A stretch of 34,210 bases of DNA from Chrysochromulina tobinii (lineage: Eukaryota), in the NCBI GenBank assembly GCA_001275005.1, contig JWZX01003332.1:1-34210 (forward strand), read 5' to 3'. Under the pieces are notes generated by a model that ran no database searches, was not told the DNA's origin, and saw only the letters and a program-made list of their open reading frames with translations. The number at the start of each line of letters is the position of its first letter. The stretch's first letter is position 1. The translations under genes and the position numbers were made by a program. This document shows, piece after piece, positions 30,074 to 34,210 of the stretch.

Positions 30074-33000
30074 CTACTTCTCTTTGTCGTTGTCCTCGTC
30101 GTCGTCCTCCTCGTCGTCCTCCTCATCGTCCTCATCGTCGTCATCCGCGTTCTCGTCTTCGTTCAGCAACAGGGCGAAAGCATTCGCCGCGGGCCTATTC
30201 GACGGCTTCTCCGCCTTCAGTTTCTCTGCGGCCGTGTGCGCCGCCATGCGCCGCGCCTTTGCCACCTCGGCCGCCGTGGGTGCGGGCGGCGCGGGCGCGG
30301 GTACGGGAGCCGTCTTGGGCATCGGCGCCTTGAGCTCGCCCTTATCCACCTTGTCTTGAAGCCAAGCTTTGCCAGCCTCGAGCCACGCAGCGCGGCCAGC
30401 ATCCTTGTGCTCGGAAGTGACCACGCGCGCCGCCGTGCGGCAGGCGAGCAGAGGGTAACCGAGGGCCTGAAGCTCAGTCACTAGGGTGTGGTCAGTTGGA
30501 GCGCCGCCGAGCGCGCGGTCGAGTGACGTGTTGCTGCCGTCGGCTGCGGCGGCGCTGGCGCTCTCAGCGGCAGCGGGCTGCTCGCGCTTCTTGTTCGACA
30601 ACGGAGAAGGCACGGGAGGGTCGAGCTCCGTGGCGCCGTCGCGGGCACCGGCGCCGCTGCGGCCCTCGACGCTCGCGCGCGTCTCGCCGCCGCTGTGAGG
30701 TTCGGCGCGCCGGCGCTCCTCGGCGGCGCCGCCGCTTCCTCCCTTATTAGGAAGCTCGCGCCAGCCTTGTCTGAGTGGCGGCGAATCGGGCGCGTCGTCG
30801 CGACGAAGGCTGTCCCACGAGCGCGGCGAGGCGGCGGCGCCACCCGCCTTGGCGGGAGAAATGGCGCCCCCGGGTCCCGGGCTGCTTTCACCTTCGGTCG
30901 CGGCCGTCTTCCCCGCGGGAGGAGGGAGCCCTCCGCCTATGCCCGGAGGCGGCAGGCGAGCGGGGGGAGGCAGCCCCGTTCCGGGAGGCGGGGGGGCTCC
31001 ACCAATCCCCGGCGGAGGTAGCCCCCCAATCCCCGGCGGTGGCAGCCCCCCAATCCCAGGCGGTGGCAGCCTCCCACCGGGAGGTGGCAGCCCCCCCCCC
31101 GGGAGGTGGCAGTCCCCCCCCGGGAGGTGGCAGCCCCCCCCCTGGCGGTGGCAGTCCCTTTGGCGGCGGCAGCCCTCCGCCTTTGGGTGTGAACGAATCG
31201 GCGCCGCCCTGGGCGATCAAGAGCTCGATGGCTTGTGCCACGTGGCCACCAGTCGATTGCAGCGCAAAGGCGGCCTGGTCCGGCGTGAAGCCGAGCGCCG
31301 CCACCTCGAGGATAGCAGGGGGAAGCGGCACAGAGGCCTGGGGCGGCGGCGGCAGCGCGGGTGGCATCGACGCAAGGCCAGGTGGCAAGCCCGGCGCTGT
31401 GTTGAGCGATCCGCCGCCGGCCGCGAGCGCTGTGTTGTGCGCTGGCTTCTTGTTTGTGGCCCACGGTGGCGGCACGACCCTAAAGGAGCCGCGCATGCCG
31501 CCACCGAGAGCGTCGAGGGCTGCGCGCGCTGCGCCGAGCGCCTCAAAGGCAAGCGTCACCTTGGGCGCGGAGCCGTCCGGCGGGGGCGGCCCGAGGCGAA
31601 CAGAATAGTCGCCCGAGAGCGCGCGCAGCGTCGTCGCCATCGCCGCCTGCGAGCACTGCACGTCGACCAGGTCGATGCAGTACTCGGCAAGCCCCCCTCC
31701 GAATCCATAGCCCGCGGCGGCGCCCGACGGGCCGCTGGCGTGTGGAGCGCCCGAGGTGGCCTGTGTGATCAGGCTCTCGGCCACGCGCCCCGCCGACAGG
31801 AGCGTCGTCGGCGTGCGGAAGAGGTCTACGTGGCGGCGAGGCTCATTGTCATACGACTGCGTCGAGATGTTGTAGGCCTTGGCCATTTCGTGAACCACGC
31901 CGCGCTGCTGCTTCGTCATCGCAGGCAGGCTCTCACGCCGCGCGTCGCCGCGGCAGAAGGCGCTCAGGAGCTCGTCTACCTGGCGGACCCACGCCGGCTG
32001 TGCCTTGGCGACCGCGAGTGACTCGACACTGAAGCCCATCGACGTACCTGTCGCGAAGCTCGACGGGTCGTTGGGGTCACGTCCAATGGCCGCTGCGAAG
32101 GCGGCGAGACGGTGGCCGCTGCCCTCGCCACCGGCCGCCGACGGCGTCGTTGCGGGCGCGGGGGGGCGCGCCGTCGTGGGCTCTACGGCGGCGAGCACGG
32201 CGTTGAGGCTGCTGCTCATCGGGGGCAGGATCGCGCCTGATAGCGCCGGGGCGGCCGGGCGCGGCGCGGGCTGAGGCAGTGAGGGGAAGGGGTTGACACT
32301 CGGCAACGTCAAGACAGCGTGGGTGCCTGCGGCGGCTGCCCACTCGCCGCGCGCGTTGCGGCCTGTCGCGTGGGCGGGTAGGAGGTCGTCATCGACCATG
32401 GTGAGCCCACCACTCGCTGACTGCATCACTGGAGGCGCGAGCAGTGCGCCCGGCAGGAGCGGCTGGGGCACACCTGTGGACGCGCGCGCCGCGCCGCCCG
32501 CTGCCATGCCGCCTGCCGCGACACTGCTCGCGCCGCTGCTCGCGCCGCTGGCGGCGCGGGCTCCGTAGCGCGAGTTTGCATACAGCGATTCCAGTAAAGC
32601 AGTGGCCGTGGCGCGGATGTCGGCGACGTTGGGGAGAGGCGCCGCCTTCTTATATTCCTCTCGATGGCGATAGGCGTACAGCACGTCGGCGCCTCCGAGC
32701 CTGTGCTTGGTCAAGTGCTCGTCGAGCGCCGCGCACTCCGTCTCGAGGAGCTCGCGTCTCGAAAAGGGATGCTCGAAACGGCCCGTCGAGATCAGGTAGG
32801 TGGCGAGGGGTCGAGGGTCATAGTAGTCACTCTCGGTCTCGTGCGTGAGGCTCAGGTCGGGAGGCAGCCGAAAGGGCGGTTGCCGGAGCATCCGGAGCGG
32901 TTCTAAGGTGATCGGGTCCGTCGTCGTCAGCCGACGCCACCATTGCTTCCCTAAAGGTGCGCTGCCCTTGCCACCGCCAGTGGCCGCCGCAGCCGTTTCG

Positions 33001-34210
33001 GACTCATTCTCGGTGGTTTTCTCGGTGGCACCCGCTGCGGCCGCCACAGCGGCGCCCTCTGAGACCTCTCTGCTGAAGCTGTCGCCCTTTCCGCGGCCCT
33101 TGCCGCGCTCCCCCCGCCCCTCGCCCTTGGCGGGGCGAGGGGCGGCACCCTCACCTTTGCCTTTGGCATGCCGCCGCTCCGAACGTCCGCCATTGGACAC
33201 CTCCGCCGCCGCCGGGACCTCGGCCGTCGTCGTCTCCGCAGCGGCCGGAGTGAGCAACTGAGGTGGCGTCGTCGCGCCCTCGTCCTCCGCCACATCCCTG
33301 AGGTGACGTCGATGTGGCCGGAGGTGGCCAGCGCCCACAACAGCGCCCTCGTCCTCGGCCACCTCTTGCCCAGCTGCCTCGCCTGGAGCGCCCTGTTTGC
33401 GCCGAGTCCGTTCCCGCCGCTTGCGGGGGCTGCCCTCGCCGCTGCCCTCGCCGCCGCCCTCGCCGCCTGCATCGTCCGCCTCGGCCACCGCACCCGTATC
33501 GCCCCCTCCGCCCCCTCCTCCTCCGCCGCCGCCATCGCCGCCTCTGCCATCACCGCCGGCGCCTTCGGTATCGGGTGCGACGTTGCCGACACCGCCCTTG
33601 CCAGTGCCACGCCCTCCGCCCTTGGTAGGGCTGCGCCCTTCGCCCTTGCTCCCCTTGCTACCACGCCCCTCGCCCTTGGAAGGAGGGGCGCCCCCGCTCG
33701 CGGCTTGGGAAACGCCCGACACGACGCGTGCCGCCACGACGCTACCCTCGGCACCACCCTTGGGACCGCGCGCGCCGCCCTTGGGATCGCCCTCGGCGCC
33801 CTCGCGCGGGCTCGCCACCGTCGCTGCGCCGCCCTCGCCACCACCGCCCTCGGCGCCACCACCGCCGCTGCCGCTGGCCTTGCGCCCGCTACGACGGCGG
33901 CCGCGCCCGCTGCCATCGGGGCTCTCCCCTTCCACAGCGCTGTGGCAGGCTGCCTCGGCCTCGGCTGTCTTGTCGGCCTCGGCGATGCCGACGGCGCCGA
34001 CGCTCCCCTTGCCACTCCGTCCGCCGCGCGGGCGGCCGCCCTTGCTGCCGCCACCGCCGCCCTCAGCTGCCTCCGCCTCGGTCGTCTCCGGAGGGAGCGA
34101 GACCGCACCTCCCTCCGAACTCACTCCCTTGATCGCATAATGACCATCACCGGTAGCCGCCGCCCGCACCAGCGACGCCGGCGGCCCACCGGCCACGCCG
34201 CTAGGCGGCG
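30074..34210 (-). CDS. 5'-truncated multidomain protein: Gly-rich region, U-box/RING-like domain, R3H, RRM-like, UBA, GGLPPP repeats, second UBA-like, acidic tail; +1 frameshift in the C10 run at 31091-31100
   Basis: DPITLEPL...LATYLISTGRFEHPFSRREL; R3H LPAMTKQQRGVVHEMAKAYNISTQSYDNEPRRHV; UBA LGFTPDQAAFALQSTGGHVAQAIELL. Removing one C joins ORF 30888-34196 to a stop-free frame that ends in ORF 30074-30613. The frame is open to the window edge. Confidence 0.75.
30915..31185 (-). repeat. 21/24-bp minisatellite encoding (G/I)GGLPPPG repeats
   Basis: About 10 units of the type GGCAGCCCCCC...GG(A/C)GGT. Confidence 0.85.

Noticed and set aside
1..34210. tRNA/rRNA genes, intact transposase, or a prokaryotic operon or defence system
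   Set aside because: None recognisable; spliceosomal introns, SF3B3 and Lhcx indicate eukaryotic nuclear DNA

Overview
GC-rich, gene-dense, intron-poor eukaryotic nuclear DNA from a chlorophyll-c alga; a haptophyte such as Chrysochromulina is my inference from the Lhcx gene, compact spacing and intronless SF3B3. There are about 15 protein-coding loci: SLC35A-type nucleotide-sugar transporter, Pro/Ala-rich protein with an ADD-like Zn finger, Lhcx/LI818, coiled-coil protein, ANKRD39-like protein, CTDSPL2-type phosphatase, EF-hand/Sfi1-like protein, SF3B3, a disrupted DEDDh exonuclease, an intron-containing Ser/Thr kinase, a P2X-like channel fused to EF-hand and C2 domains, a possible 2H-phosphoesterase-like protein, an AASDH-like adenylation-thiolation-ankyrin enzyme, MGST3, and a U-box-like/R3H/UBA protein that runs off the right edge. 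The most unusual observations are: (1) the P2X-EF-hand-C2 fusion, which lacks the canonical ATP-binding motifs; (2) a 46-nt inverted copy of Lhcx coding sequence inside the neighbouring gene; (3) the A-T-ankyrin NRPS-like gene, which shares an identical upstream 20-mer with the adjacent MGST3; (4) a dispersed ~78-bp repeat. All family calls come from recognising motifs by eye, with no database search.
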